A stretch of 64,000 nt of DNA, from contig JBITNC010000001.1 of assembly GCA_050084985.1 (NCBI GenBank), positions 139,252,001-139,316,000 of the forward strand, given 5' to 3'. Origin of the DNA: Nageia nagi (Eukaryota; Plantae; Pinophyta). The position numbers and the translations under genes were made by a program. The notes under the pieces were generated by a model, which ran no database searches, was not told the DNA's origin, and was given only the letters and a program-made list of their open reading frames with translations. Shown piece by piece: positions 50,866 to 64,000 of the stretch (position 1 is the stretch's first letter; each line of letters opens with the position of its first letter).

Positions 50866-51150
50866 AAGTGATTTCCTTGATTTTATATTATGCAATGTAT
50901 ATTCAAATCTTATCATAATTACCTCATACAAAAGTCTTGCTACATCTTTCGTTGATGCTTCCTTCAATGGTCTCACTTCCACCCACTTAGTAAAATAATT
51001 TGTAGCTGTAACAATATATCTATTTTACCTTGGTATAGGAGAAAGTTATCTTATAATATCAATTTTCTATTTATTAAATAGTCATAAAGATGGCATAATT
51101 GTTAAATAATGAATTATAATTAAGAAATACATTATTGATCTATTAGATAG
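50866..51150 (-). mobile_element. Ty3/gypsy (Tat/Ogre-type) integrase fragment
   Basis: 'YIVTATNYFTKWVEVRPLKEASTKDVARLLYEVIMIRFE' matches the rve start (DYFTKWVEA..) of Tat/Athila-type integrases. Confidence 0.75.
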
Positions 51151-51699
51151 CAATTACATTACTATGGATATAGTTCAAGTAATTTATGAATACCCTTACA
51201 AACTAAATGAGATATATTCTTATGGTATGTAATATGTATCACCTTCACATGAGTCACCTTCCATATCTGGATCTCTTAAGGTAGAAGAGATATGGTGTGT
51301 ACATCATAGTTGCATTTCTCCTACTTCACACACATCACCCATCTTGAGATAAATACAAATAAACTTAAGTGGTATTATGTTAAGATAAAGAGTAGATAAT
51401 AGATCCTAAGATAGGTGGTTTCAAGGGACAATGTTGTTATTTGGAATGTAGATCAATCTTTAGTTGACCTATCGAGATTCTTTGAGGATTATATTTTATC
51501 TCATCCAATAGGGAATCTTTTACCTATATTCTTCTTTTGGTAGTTAAATGTCTTTGATACTTCTACTTATTGAGATATACATGAAACACATAACTTATGG
51601 TAATTTTTTTAATATTGATACCAATTAGATTGTTTATGATGCTTTTATTTATATTTATAATGTTTTTTACAATATATCTCTTTTGTTACCTAAAATATG

Positions 51700-52180
51700 A
51701 TTATATATTAAATTGAAATCATATTTAGGTGGCTACATTTTTCCCCTCTTTGTACGTGTAATTAAAAGAAATGGAATTACATATCCAAATAATTGGAGAT
51801 AGAAAGTTTTGGAAAGAGTGAGCTTTATATCTTGAACCTTGAGATAAAGCTCCTTTCTATCTCTTTTTTTATTGGGTTTCCCCTAGTGATTTTAGTAGGG
51901 GAAATCAAAATAAAAATTTGAAAATTTGGCATCTTATTTATAATTGTTGCTACAAGATTTGTATGGTATGGATGTGATTAGATTAATGATTTTATTTATT
52001 AAGAAAAACCTACCAGGAATATGGTTTTTAGGTATTACTTGCTTATTTTCTCCAAAAACATGGTTTTCATAAATATATATTTTTTATCAAGCAAAATTAG
52101 CCATAAATCTAGTTTTTAGGCATTACTTATCTATTTGCAGTAGCAAGTTGGTTCCCACAAATAAGTTTTTTTAAGGTGGA
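51700..52180 (-). mobile_element. LTR end, PPT and 3' internal fragment related to the Trp-PBS family
   Basis: ..ggctaca|tttttcccctctttg..gaaatggaattacatatccaaataat parallels 25131-25180 and 62641-62700. Confidence 0.55.
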
Positions 52181-52822
52181 AGGGTGTTGGTACTATGATT
52201 GTGGAGAAGAAAGGGAGCAAACATTGTTATATGACTAAAAATAGAACTGAAATAAAAATCAAATAGAGCTATTTGGGTACCACATTAAGATACATTATGA
52301 ATAAACTAAGTATAGATGTTATCATTTTTGCATAAAAAACATCTAAAATGTTTTGAATTGAAGGTCTTTTTTTCCTCTTTTCTATCCATGGTGAAAAGTA
52401 TATAGGAAATTGTTCTTATTTTATATATAAAAATATATGGACTAGGAAATTTTGCTAAACCTTGCCCTTAACTTTGTCATTGGCTATTATTTTGTTGATG
52501 TTTTCTTGAAGTCACAAATCACTCATTTGAAAGTTATTAGGTTTTGCATTTTTCTCATATGACCTTTTAAGTTTGGCATGGTAGACCTTATTATGTTCTA
52601 TTGCATGGATTTGCTTCTTGTTTATGGTTTCCAACTATTGTAGTATATCTTTCCTTGTTGATTCATCCATAACTTCTCCATGTATAGCAATCCTAAGTGA
52701 GGAGATTTCTGTATCCAATTATACAACTACCTCATCACCATATACTAAGGAGAAAGGTGTTTCCCATGTATTTTTCCTTATGTTGATTTTGTATTACTAA
52801 TCTTAACAATGTAATCCATAAT

Positions 52823-55800
52823 TGTTTTGGGGGAGGATACCAAATTTGTTCATGATTATAGACCAAATTTCTTTAGATGAATCAATAGTCATTTGATTGA
52901 TCCTCTAGTATTTTATGTCTAGGATGGTGCTTGGAGAGCCTTTTAGCAATTGAGTGATCATAGTTCATATATAAAACAATAACCTAGTAACTAACAAAAA
53001 CTCCAATAACATTAGAGATAAATATTCTTAGAAAATTCAATCATTCATGAATGGCTCTTGATTTAGAAATATAAGATCCCAAAGATCAGTATCTCTAGAA
53101 TAGATACATAACCCTCTTAAGGCATTTCCCATATATAGATAAATGACTAGGATATGAAATTCCTAATGATCCAATTTTATCCAAGATAGGCATACGTAGG
53201 TATTTAACCAATAATATTATATGTTATTCTTACTGAATGTCTAATCCAAATGGAATTTTCATCTCATTGATAAGATAATCATACCCATTATTTAAATCTC
53301 TTGGAACTATGAATCATGAGGTCTACTTCCCATAGATAGAGATGTACATCTGTTAAAAGGAAGGAGAAAATTTGATCCTCAATTCTTATAACTAGTTTTA
53401 TGAGGATGGATCCTTATCCATCATATAGAATGGAAGGAAAATTATATTTAAAATAAAAGTAAGGTTAAGAGTATAAGAAATATAGGGAAATGGTAGTTCT
53501 TAGGGCCAACCCTAGCTTCTGATAATTTGCTAAAATCATGAGGAAGGAATCTTGGCTCACAATAATCTCTTCACATTACTATCCATTCATTGATGTTTAA
53601 AGAGCTAATACTACAATCATAGATATTTCACTCAATGTTCTTAAGAAAATAGGAAACATATGAATGATGCAACCATTTAAGCCATACAAAAATTTCATGA
53701 AGAAAAAAAAGGAAAAATATCATCATACTCAATTTGGTTTGGAAGAATAAATACTCAATTGCTAAGGGGCAAATGCTGAGAGATCCAACCTTTTATATAC
53801 ATTGATCTAAGCCATATATAGCTTCAGATTAAAACATATCTACTTAATTGAAATAATAGAAATATCTAAGTTACAGATTGTATCCATTAACTAAAATAAT
53901 ATAACTATGAAGATATATAAAAATATGTAAGTGACAATCTATACTGATAGTTGTAATCTCCTTAATTTTTGCTAATAACAACAATAATTTATCTTTTATG
54001 CCCATGAGTAGCTAGGGAATCTTGTTATATGAAAATTGAGAAATGTTGGGAGTTTAACTAAGTTTTACAACATTTATACAAATCAATTGGAATTTAGGCA
54101 ATAAAATTGAGACTATTGACATTTAGACCAATGATAAGTACTTTTGTTGATTCTAATAGATCCTATAGAATATCACTAAGATTTGGGAAAGTTCATTCAT
54201 GATATGGAATGGCTAGGCTCTAGGAAGGTATAACATGATTTAATAGATCATCAAATTATAGTCCTCTTCAAGAAAATACTTGGTAACAATTTAATTGTAT
54301 TATGGGAGGTAATAAATGGGATGAAGTCTATTGAATTCTAGAAACATTATTAAATTATAAGTTTACCCTACAATTCGAGAAAATTTTTCTAACTTGAGCA
54401 TTTTCGTACTTTAGGAAAATGCACTAGTGAAGGAAACCATTGGGCTTGGGGAAATGTCTTTAGAAAATGGAAGTATCAAGATTTGGGAAAATTCTTTAGC
54501 AAATGAAACTGTTGAGCTTCAAGAAAGTTCACCTTCATCATCATGCTAACACCTCTAAAATAATTCAAACTTGTCTTAATCTTAGGTATTCAAATATAAC
54601 TTCTCTACTTAATGCAAGTTGTAATTTCTATAATATTTTTCCCCCTTTGTTGGCTATTTTGAAGATTCAGAATAATCAACCAATAAAGAGTAGAAATTAA
54701 GCATACAAAAAGCATTTAACAAGGTTCATATCAAATACAAAATTCAAAATAAATCCATTACCCAAGTATAAAAGTATTCAAATATCAATCATCTAGAGAA
54801 CTCTTATCAAACATTTTGAATCAAAAAGAACATTTTGATATAACTTTGATTATAACATTGAAATAAATCTACTACTTTACCATACTTTTCTATTTTTACT
54901 AGTTTAATCTTCATCCATGAGTCTTTCATTAATAACCTTTCTAATATGTTATGTGATGCTTGTAAAACAAATTTAGGTGGGCATGCAAAATAGGGAAGAA
55001 GTAGGGAAGGAGGGAGGGGATAAGAATGTAGAGAAGGTAATGGGAAAATGATAAGGAGAGTAGTGAAGGTAAATATGAATAATTATAGTGGAGGGTGAGA
55101 GAAGTGGGAAAGGGAACATATGGAGATTTATGATGGACAGGATGGGTCATTGACAATGGCAGATCACAATGGGTGGAGTGATATGAATAACAAAACTTAT
55201 TTATAGGACCATTAAAAATATATCCTACAAGATTCACACAACATATTTACTCCATATATGCATTCCTATTCTTTATCTCTTGATGTCTCATATCTATAAT
55301 TCTTTGATTATTTATAGGAAAATCACACAATTATTTATGAATTTTTGAAGAAAAATCCCAATCAATATAATTCAAATTTTGATTTCATTCCTTATTGATT
55401 TAGGTTTCTTCAAACTTCCTTCTTTTGACTCATACCTTTCCATCTCATCACTTTGAATCTACTTCTTTTAGTAATCTTTCTTTGATATTTATGTCTTATG
55501 AGGATGTTTAGAAAGGAGAATGATCAATCAACAGTTAAAAATACCCATCAAATTTGGCTTTGAACTAGGAATTTTATTAAAAACTCACTTGTGAAAATCT
55601 CATTATGAATAACATAATAGTCTAAAAATAAAATCCCTAGAATAACTCATATGATAAAGAATATAATAGTCAGGGTACTTGTAAATAAGATATGATAATG
55701 ATTAGGAAAGTACAATAGATTGAGCCTTAGGGTGCTTTGGTTTGAATAAATGTTAACTAGTTTTTATAAGTATAAAACTCAATGGTATGGTATTATAAGT

Positions 55801-58516
55801 TCCTAAAAGGATAATAATATTTAAAACATTCCCCCTATTACTATGAAAATAAAGTCTATCTTATCATTCAAAGTAAAACCAATTACTAGCCTCAAGCCTT
55901 TTTAGAAAATTTAAATGACAATTATTAGCTCTAGAAGATAATTTTGACAAGGATTTGTCCAAAGGTAAAAGCAAGGGACATAATATTATCTTAAGGAACC
56001 AGAGTGTCAACTTCTTAACTTTAGGTGAGAGTTGGATGGGTGTACCCTTTTTTAGGAACATCCATTTTGTATGATATTATTAATCAAATTCAAACATGTT
56101 AATCAAATAATATAAGTTCAAATCTTACCTCCTAATCTGGTAAATCTTAAGTACAGGTTCATGGTTGGTAGAACCAAATAAGATGAGACCAAATACAAGA
56201 ACCTTATGATACTAATATAGCATTATTGTAATTTTATTATTCTTCCAAAGATAGTAATGAATTTTCATAAAAGAAAATTTAGCTGACCCCCAATACTGTT
56301 CAGGTCCAAAACTTCATTAAGAATATTCTAATTTAAGTTAAACCCCAAATAATATAGGTCTAAATATGATTCTCTTAATAACCTTCCAATTACTCTATTT
56401 GTATGCTTGTATTCTATGTCATCTTTACTAAATATTGAACTATCAAACTCAAGTGATTAAACAAACTCTCCTTATTTGTTTAGATCTAGAATCTTGGATT
56501 AACTGAACCACCATTCTATTTCATAAAAATATATAAAATAAATTTCACCAATATATGCACCTATGTCATCATATTTATCATGATGAATATGGAACACATC
56601 TTAATAGTTATGCTAAAGATCAAGCTAACATGATGCTTATGTAAAATGGTCCCATCAACATGCTAGAAATGAACTATTGATCCAAAAAATGCAATCTAAC
56701 ATTGTTGTGGGGAATGTCAAATTTGTTCATGATTATAAACCAACTATGCTCAAATGAATCAGTATTCAATTGCTTCAACCTCTAGTATTTTATGTCTAGG
56801 ATAGTGCCTAATGAGCCTTTTAAAAATTGAGTGATCATAGTTAATAAATAAAATAATGACCTAGTGACCAATGAAAACTTTGGGAACATCAAAGAAAAAT
56901 ATTATTAGAAAATTTAATTATTCATGAATGGCTCTTGATTTGGAAATCTAATATCCTAAAGATTAGTATCTCTATAATAGATACATAAGCTTCTTAAGAT
57001 ATTTCTCACAAATAGAGAAGTGACTAGGATACAAAATTCTTGATGATCTAGTTTTAACTAGGATGGGCCTCTTCAGGTCTTTAAATAATAAGATTGTACA
57101 TTATTATTACTGAATGTCCAATCCAAATAGGATTTTCATCTCATTAATAAGATAATATTAGCCATTATTTAAATCTCTTGGAATTGTGAATCATGAGGTA
57201 TACTTCCCATAGATAGAGATGTACACCCATTAAAAGACTCCTCATAGACAAGCGAGAAAGTCTGATCCTTAATTCCTATATCTACTTTTATTAGGATGGA
57301 GCCTTATCCATCATAGAATGGAAGGAAAACTATGTTTAAAATAAAATAAAAAAAAGGTTAAGAGTACATGAAATAGGGGAAATGGTGTTGCTCAGGGCCA
57401 ACCTAGGCTTTTGATAGAAGGACCTCTAGCTCATAACCACCCCTTCATGTTACTATCCATTTATCAGTGGCAAGAGAGCTAAGACTGTAGTCATGGATAT
57501 TTCACCCAATGTTCTTAGAAAACTAGGAAACATATTGATTATGCAACCATTTAATCCATTTAAATATCACAAGAAGAAATAAAAGGATAAATGCCATCAT
57601 ACTCAATTTGGTTTGGAAAAATAAACATTCCATTACTAAGGGGTAAATGCTGAGAGATCCAAGCTCTTATGTACATTGATATGAGGCATATATATGGCTT
57701 TAGATTAGAAATTATCTACTTAAATAAGATAATAAAAATATATAAGTTGTAGCTTCTATCCATTGACTAAAAAGCTAAAACTATGAAGATCAATGAAAAT
57801 ATCTAAGTGTAGCTTGTACCGATAGCTATAATCTCCTTAATTTTTGCTAATGATAACTGTAGTTTATCTTTTATACCTACGCATAGCTAGGGAATCTTAT
57901 TATACAAGAATTGAGAAATACCTAGAGTTTAACTAAGTTTTACAATATTTGTACAACTTAGCTAGACTTTAGGCAATAAAACTAAGAACATCGATATGTA
58001 GACTAATGATAAGTGTTCTTGTTGATTCCAATAGATCCTAAAGAATATCACTAGGCTCTAGGAAAGTTCATCATTATATGGAATAGTTGGGCTTTAGTAA
58101 AGTATAAAGTGAATTAATAGATCATCAAATTATAGTCCTGTTTAATAAAATACCTTGGTAGTAATTTGGTCGTATTCTAAGAGATCGCAAAGGGGATGAA
58201 GTCTATCAAGTTTCAAAAAAATTGTGAAATTACAAGTTTAATGCACTTCAAGAAAATTCATTTGACTTAAGGTTTATTGCACTTCAAGAAAATGCACCAA
58301 TGAAAGAAACCTCTATGCTTCAAGAAAATTCTTTAGCATATTAAACTGTCAAGCTCCAAGAAAATTCTTTAGCAAATGAAACTATTAGGCTTGGGGAAAG
58401 TTTACCTTCATCATATTGCTACCATCAAGAACACCACTAAAATGATTCAAATTTTTAGAACCTTAGGTATTAAAAAATAACTTCTCTTCTTAATGAAAGT
58501 TGTAATTTCTATAATA
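52823..58516 (-). mobile_element. Old LTR element with two ~1.81-kb LTRs and a 2-kb degenerate internal region (possibly copia/SIRE-like)
   Basis: Colinear direct repeats 52823-54635 and 56703-58516. PPT AAAGGGGGAAAAA on the minus strand abuts 54635. Weak copia-RT-like remnant 'MKSKFELY*LG' at ~55370. No clean PBS or TSD. Confidence 0.7.
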
Positions 58517-59069
58517 TGTATTCCCAAAGGGCATATTGTAATTATCCATACCAATCTTATTTATTCATACCAAAGTGCATATGGCAATAGTTTTACCCAA
58601 AAAAACATAGGGATGAAATTTTAAACTACCCCTCCATCTTAACAAAAATAATTAAATATAAAATATTCTCATGTAAGGAAATATTGAACACTTGAAAATA
58701 AGTTGGGAAATTTTGAGTTTGGCATTACAAGGGGGTAGATGACAGGGGAGAGGAATGAGAGATTAGGTACCTATTTTCAATTTTATGATAAGGGTAGAGA
58801 AGAGGAGAGGAAAGGAGAGGCTAGGTATTGGGTTTGTAATTTCATGGTGAGGGTAGAGAAGAGGAGAGAAGAGAAAAGGTAAGGAAAAGATAGGAGAGAG
58901 GAGAGGAAAGGAAAGGTGATGTATTTTATTTGTAATTTCATGGTGAGGGTACATAAGAGGAGAAGAAATAAGAGGCAAGGTATTGCATTTATAATTTTAT
59001 TTGCAAGGTTGATGCAAGCATGTATTCTTTCATATTTTTTATTTCATGTATTTTTTCCCCTTGTATTCT

Positions 59070-60215
59070 TCTGTATTTTGCATTTTTAGAAAATTCATTT
59101 TGTATTCCTAGGGTATTTTTCAAAAAATCCTATTTTGTGCATATCCTACAATCATTACATACCATGAAACTATGTTTTCATCATGCATCTTGTTAAACAA
59201 TTCCTAGGCCTTATCTATTCTTCCATATTTTGCATACATATCTTAGGGTATTTTTTAGAAAATCCATTTTATGCATATATTGTAACCATTACAAACCATG
59301 AAACTATATTTGTATCATGCATCTTGTCAAAAAATTCCCAATCCTTATGTATTATTCCACATTTTGCATACATATCTTAGGGTCTTTTTCTAAAAATTCC
59401 ATCTTGTGTGTATCCTATAACCATTGCAAACTATGAAATTGTATTTGTATCATGCATATTATTAATTAATTCTCAAGCTATGTGTATTCTTCCACATTTT
59501 GTATACATATATTAGGGCCTTTTTCATAAAACCCAATCATTGTAAACCATAAAATTTTGTTTGCATCATATGTCTTATCAAAAAAAATTTGGGCCTTGTG
59601 TATTCTTCCATATTTTTCATACATGTCATATGGAATATTTTAGAAAACCTATTTTATGTGTATTATGCAATCATTAAAGACCATGAAACTATGTTTGCAT
59701 CATGCATATTATTAAAAAATTCCCAATTCTTATGTATTCTTCCTCTTTTTAGATATATGTCTAAGGGCCTTTATTAAAAAAAAATCATTTTTTTTTATGT
59801 ATTGTAATCATTGGATACCATAAAATTATGTTTGCATCATGCATCTTGTCAAACAATTCTTGATCCTTATGTATTATTCCTTATTTTGGATACATATCTT
59901 TGGAAACTTTTTAGAAAACCCATTTTATGTGTATCCTGTAATCAATAAAATCCATGAAATTGTATTTACATCATCCATATCTTCAAATAATTCACAAGCC
60001 TTGTGTATTTTTCCATAATTTGCATACATATCTTACGACATTTTTTAAAAAACCTTATTTTGTGTGTATCCTACTATCATTGCAAACCATGAAATTATGT
60101 TTTACTTATGCATATTGATAAACATTTTCCATGCCTTATGTGTTATTCCACATTTTGCATACATGTCTTAGGGTATTTTTTAGAAAATTCATTTTATGTG
60201 TATCCTATAACCATT
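59070..60215. repeat. Tandem satellite-like array, ~135-bp monomer, ~8.5 copies
   Basis: The anchor accatgaaactatgtttgcatcatgcat and its variants occur at 59161, 59295, 59430, 59546, 59680, 59817, 59951 and 60086. Spacing is 134-137 bp, with one of 116 bp. Confidence 0.92.
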
Positions 60216-61099
60216 CATGTACATAGGACCCCAAGATAATTTAACAACTATAATTCTAAGGGAAGATAGATATTTATTCCAACAAAATAGAACAATATCT
60301 CCACTCTTGTAGTTTATTTTCAGGGATGTAATGGATCCTTCCAACACAAATAAAGTCTTTTAACTCTTATACTTTAAATACCTTAATAAATGAAATTAGT
60401 AATGAAAAGGCATTATTTTGATTTCCATGTAAGTTCATACTTTAGTGTAAGTTAGAAGCATGTGTGAAAATATGATAATATTTTATTATATTTTTATAAT
60501 ATAATATTATTTTTTATTACATTTTAATATTATAATATCAAAAACTTTAAATATTTAATAAAAAAATATTTATTGAGGATAACACTATATAAATAAAAAG
60601 TTATATATTTATTATATACGATGCATTTGCCAAGGTTTTAGCATCCAAAAGAAAGAGTCAAGTTTGGGTTATCGATAAGGGTGTATCATTGAATCATATG
60701 ATTACTAGTGATGGTTGTAAGTTGGAATTATGCCATATGTAAAATAAATTATAACATATAAAAGAAAATGCTTGAAGAGGAGATAAAGGTAGATATTATA
60801 AAAAATAGGGAAGAGAGTGAAAGAAAGATGCAAGATATGATGGTATGAATTTCATTGCTAGAGGCATGATTTCATATTTGAAATGATAACATGTTGCACC
60901 CCTAAATTTGTAATTATCCCTTTCATATGATTTTGTAATCCATAACAAAATAAATTACCCTTGCAAGCACAAACAACTCAATACTTGCTAACCTAGAGCA
61001 CCAAATATAGTATGACTATAATTTTAAATTTAAAATAATGAACTTAGTTTGTATTATATTCTACATAGTGAATTTATCTAGGTTGTTAATTTTCCATGT

Positions 61100-61355
61100 A
61101 GGGATAAAAATAGATACCAAAATCTATGTATGATAGAAGGAAATGCATATTGATGATGGATCATGTCGCATTTGTTAAAGGTATGGTGTTTACTAAAAAT
61201 CCTAATGATGAGGTACATAATGAACATTTGGGTGAAGGTTTCTATAAATTCAATATGTTTTTATCTCATAATAAGGATGTCAAGTTGTATAGATAGAATG
61301 ATGAATTAAGAAATAGAGGATGATATCAGCACCTTCATTTCTTGGCCTATTACAA
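61100..61355 (+). mobile_element. Isolated Tnp1/En-Spm-like (CACTA TnpA-type) exon fragment
   Basis: 'TKNPNDEVHNEHLGEGFYKFNMFLSHNKDVKLYR*NDE..TFISWP' fits the P...VH...LG...K......D..L.RP.....I.WP pattern. Confidence 0.55.
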
Positions 61356-62024
61356 AAATTTACTTTTTATAAATTATGACATGAAATTTTTATATAAATT
61401 ATGGCATGTTTTAGTTGTATTATAGAGTATATTTAAATCATTTAATCATAATTGTAGAGCATACTTGAATCTTATTGAATTAAATTATGTTTGCATCTTG
61501 AATCTTCCATATTTTATATACATATCTACTTGGGTCTTGCAAATAGAATGTTGTGGTGGTAGTATTGTAGAACATATTTGAATCATTTGAGCATGTAACT
61601 GAAAAATGTAGGGCATATTTAAAATTTCCATGTGGATGTGTATACATGGTGTTTAGAAATTGAATTTTATAATAGCAGTTTGAGCCTAATTGAAATTGTA
61701 GAGCATATTTGAATTATTTGAGCATAATTATGTTATTCTTGATCATAAAGGTATTCTTGAGCATAATTACAAAGCATGTTTGAATCTTATTATGCTTACC
61801 TTTATGTTAATGTTCCATATACATAGCATAATTTTCATATCCAAATATATGATCCAAAATATGATGTGACTATTATGATAAAACTATCAAAAAGTGATAA
61901 TTTTACTTTTTCATGCTTGTATAATTAGACCACCATTGATTTAAAGGAGGTTTCATGTTATATAGAAATAATGATGAGATGAAAATAATGGAACATGTTA
62001 TGGAATCCATCATTTCTTAGCACA

Positions 62025-64000
62025 TGTAAACTAAAAATAATGCATAAATAATAAATTGAAGCACTATTTTTCCACAATGTAATATTGAAGCATATATCAA
62101 AAATATGGTATCATTATGAACATGATAAATAATAAGCTTTCATCAAATCCACATCAATATGGAATAACAAAGATCATACATCAATCATAACAACATACCA
62201 TGAAAGATAAATGTCATTAATAGCCTAAGAGTAGCACATTGTTAATAGCCTAAAATATGTAGATCCATAAGCAAAAATTGAAATGTGAAATATAAGATGA
62301 ATGGTGTAGCAAATCTATGAATGGGTAGTGTTATGAAACACCTTTTTTGGTTAGATGAAATTATATAGCATGTTATAATCTTTTTCTTTGGATCCCTGCT
62401 CATCCTTTTTTTATGTTTACATTAATATTATTTTATAGCAACATTTTGATCCTCTTTCATTCTTGGGATCATTGTATATTACATTATTTGTAGTGTCTTT
62501 ATTGATATTTGACACCTCTTACCTTATATAATGGTCCATTACATTACCTTGGGTATATTTTGACCCTCTTTACAATAAATATTCTTTAATGTTATACAGT
62601 TAATTATTTAAGACAAGAAAATTCATTTTTAGGCATCTACATTTTTTCTCTCTTTGGAATGTGGATTTGAAGAAATGAGATTACATATCCAAATAATAAG
62701 TATAGAAGAAATTTTTGAAAACCTTGAACTCTGAATCTAACACTACTATTTGATGATGAGGGTCCTTTACTTCCCCCTTTTGACTTGGTTTCCCTAGGAA
62801 AGCTCCTTGAGTGGTGTAGCTAAGAAAAAACTTAAAGAACTATATCTTTTTTTACCTTGTGATATTTTTTGACATGGAAAGAACTTTTCTTCTTTTTCTT
62901 TACTACTAGGGAGTCTTATGGTCCCACATCCAATCTTTGAAATAAAAGAGGCTCTTTTTCCCCTTACATTGTTCAACCATGAATTTGACTATTCCTTTGT
63001 CTTTGATACTTAGGAATATGATGCTCTTACATTCATACCTTGAAACAACTCTCAATTATTTGATATGAATGTTGTTGATAGTATGTAAAAAGTGGAATGT
63101 TGTTAACAACATGAACTCTGCTTCATTTGCTCTCCTTCTTTTGATGTAAATACCTACATAAAGTGTTATACATACCCTACATAAAAATATTTTGGATACA
63201 CAATGAGTTGCATCATCCATTGATGATGAGTCAATATCAAAAATCTACTTACAGATACATCACCAATTTACTTTATAGTGAGTGAGCTCTCACTAGTTAT
63301 ATCAATGGTCATCGATGACTTAGCATTTTTATGTCTATGGTCTGTAGATATTATATTATCTTGATTTTTTTTGTGCTTTGTTTTTACATGTTGTTAACAA
63401 TGTGCATACAATCATGCATGCTATTGATAGAATTCTTCATCCACATGGTCATCTAGAAATCCTTCATGCATCACTATACTACCTCTTGAGGGAATTTTGC
63501 ACAAACTTGTAATTTCTTATCCTTTTACAAACTTTTATTTGACTACATTGATATCAAATATTTGTAGTAATATTACCCCCAATGAAAATAATGTAGCTAA
63601 TATGGAGAAACATATTTCTTTCCTAAAATCCATTTAAATGAAACTCTAACTATATCTTAAAAATCCATCCATCAGATAATTTTTCATACTAGCTATACTA
63701 TCTACCATCATATCAACATTTAGAAATGTACAATCAACTCTTATCCCTCTAATAGGTGTAGTAACTAGTAATCCATTAAAACATGAAATCACATTTGCTT
63801 CCTCATTTCCTTGAAACACTTCATTGACACTCATTTCTTGTCCAAAATTTTCATACTTACTAAGGATATAATTTGGCTTCATAATTTCATTTGACTTAGA
63901 CAATTTTGAATATGACCCCATGTATTCTAAGATATCATCATCATTAAATAAATTAAATTCAATTTGGTATAGTATCATCAATCCATAAATCCTCATTAAA
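62025..64000 (-). mobile_element. 3' part of a second Trp-PBS-family element: 3' LTR, PPT, 3' internal region and pol remnant
   Basis: LTR 62025-62641 (TGTAAA...CATCTACA, 617 bp) is followed by PPT ttttttctctctttg. 62750-63350 is homologous to 25225-25830. The minus-strand 'ILLQIFDINVVK*KFVKG*EIT' at ~63570-63510 resembles the Tat/Ogre RNase H end (LLLQEFD......VKG). Confidence 0.65.

Noticed and set aside
56680-56702. PBS and TSD for the 52.8-58.5 kb element
   Set aside because: The sequence next to the LTR matches no tRNA 3' end that I can identify, and the flanks ataat/tgtat do not form a TSD.
59070-60215. CRISPR-like regular spacing
   Set aside because: Whole monomers are repeated with no unique spacers, there are no cas genes, and the context is a eukaryotic TE region.

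Overview
Eukaryotic, very AT-rich, strongly CpG/CHG-depleted plant heterochromatin. The TE families look gymnosperm-like, which is an inference. No intact protein-coding gene was found. The only host-type sequence is a REM-type B3-domain pseudogene at 6.36-6.88 kb. The rest is decayed transposons. Most of the window is a four-level nest: a pol-less copia-like LTR element (~15.9-50.9 kb) contains a CRM-like Ty3/gypsy element (17.8-49.1 kb). Its 3' LTR is split by a 25.6-kb Mutator-like element (MULE; 23287-48932; 10-bp TSD; >600-bp TIRs), which itself carries two LTR retrotransposons, each with a 5-bp TSD. With those two insertions removed, the MULE is ~13.7 kb. It encodes a spliced MULE/SWIM transposase (+) facing a convergent spliced second gene (-). 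The predicted product of that gene reads N- to C-terminally as: a possible C2H2/AT-hook region, two Tnp1/En-Spm-like domains, and a domain matching the uncharacterised plant NT-C2 family C-terminal Cys/His/Asp region, which resembles viral-tegument-like deubiquitinases. A MULE carrying a non-Ulp1 protease or deubiquitinase accessory gene, together with arrays of a short TATGCCCAT motif, is the best candidate for an undescribed system here. All family assignments come from manual translation and motif recall, not database searches.
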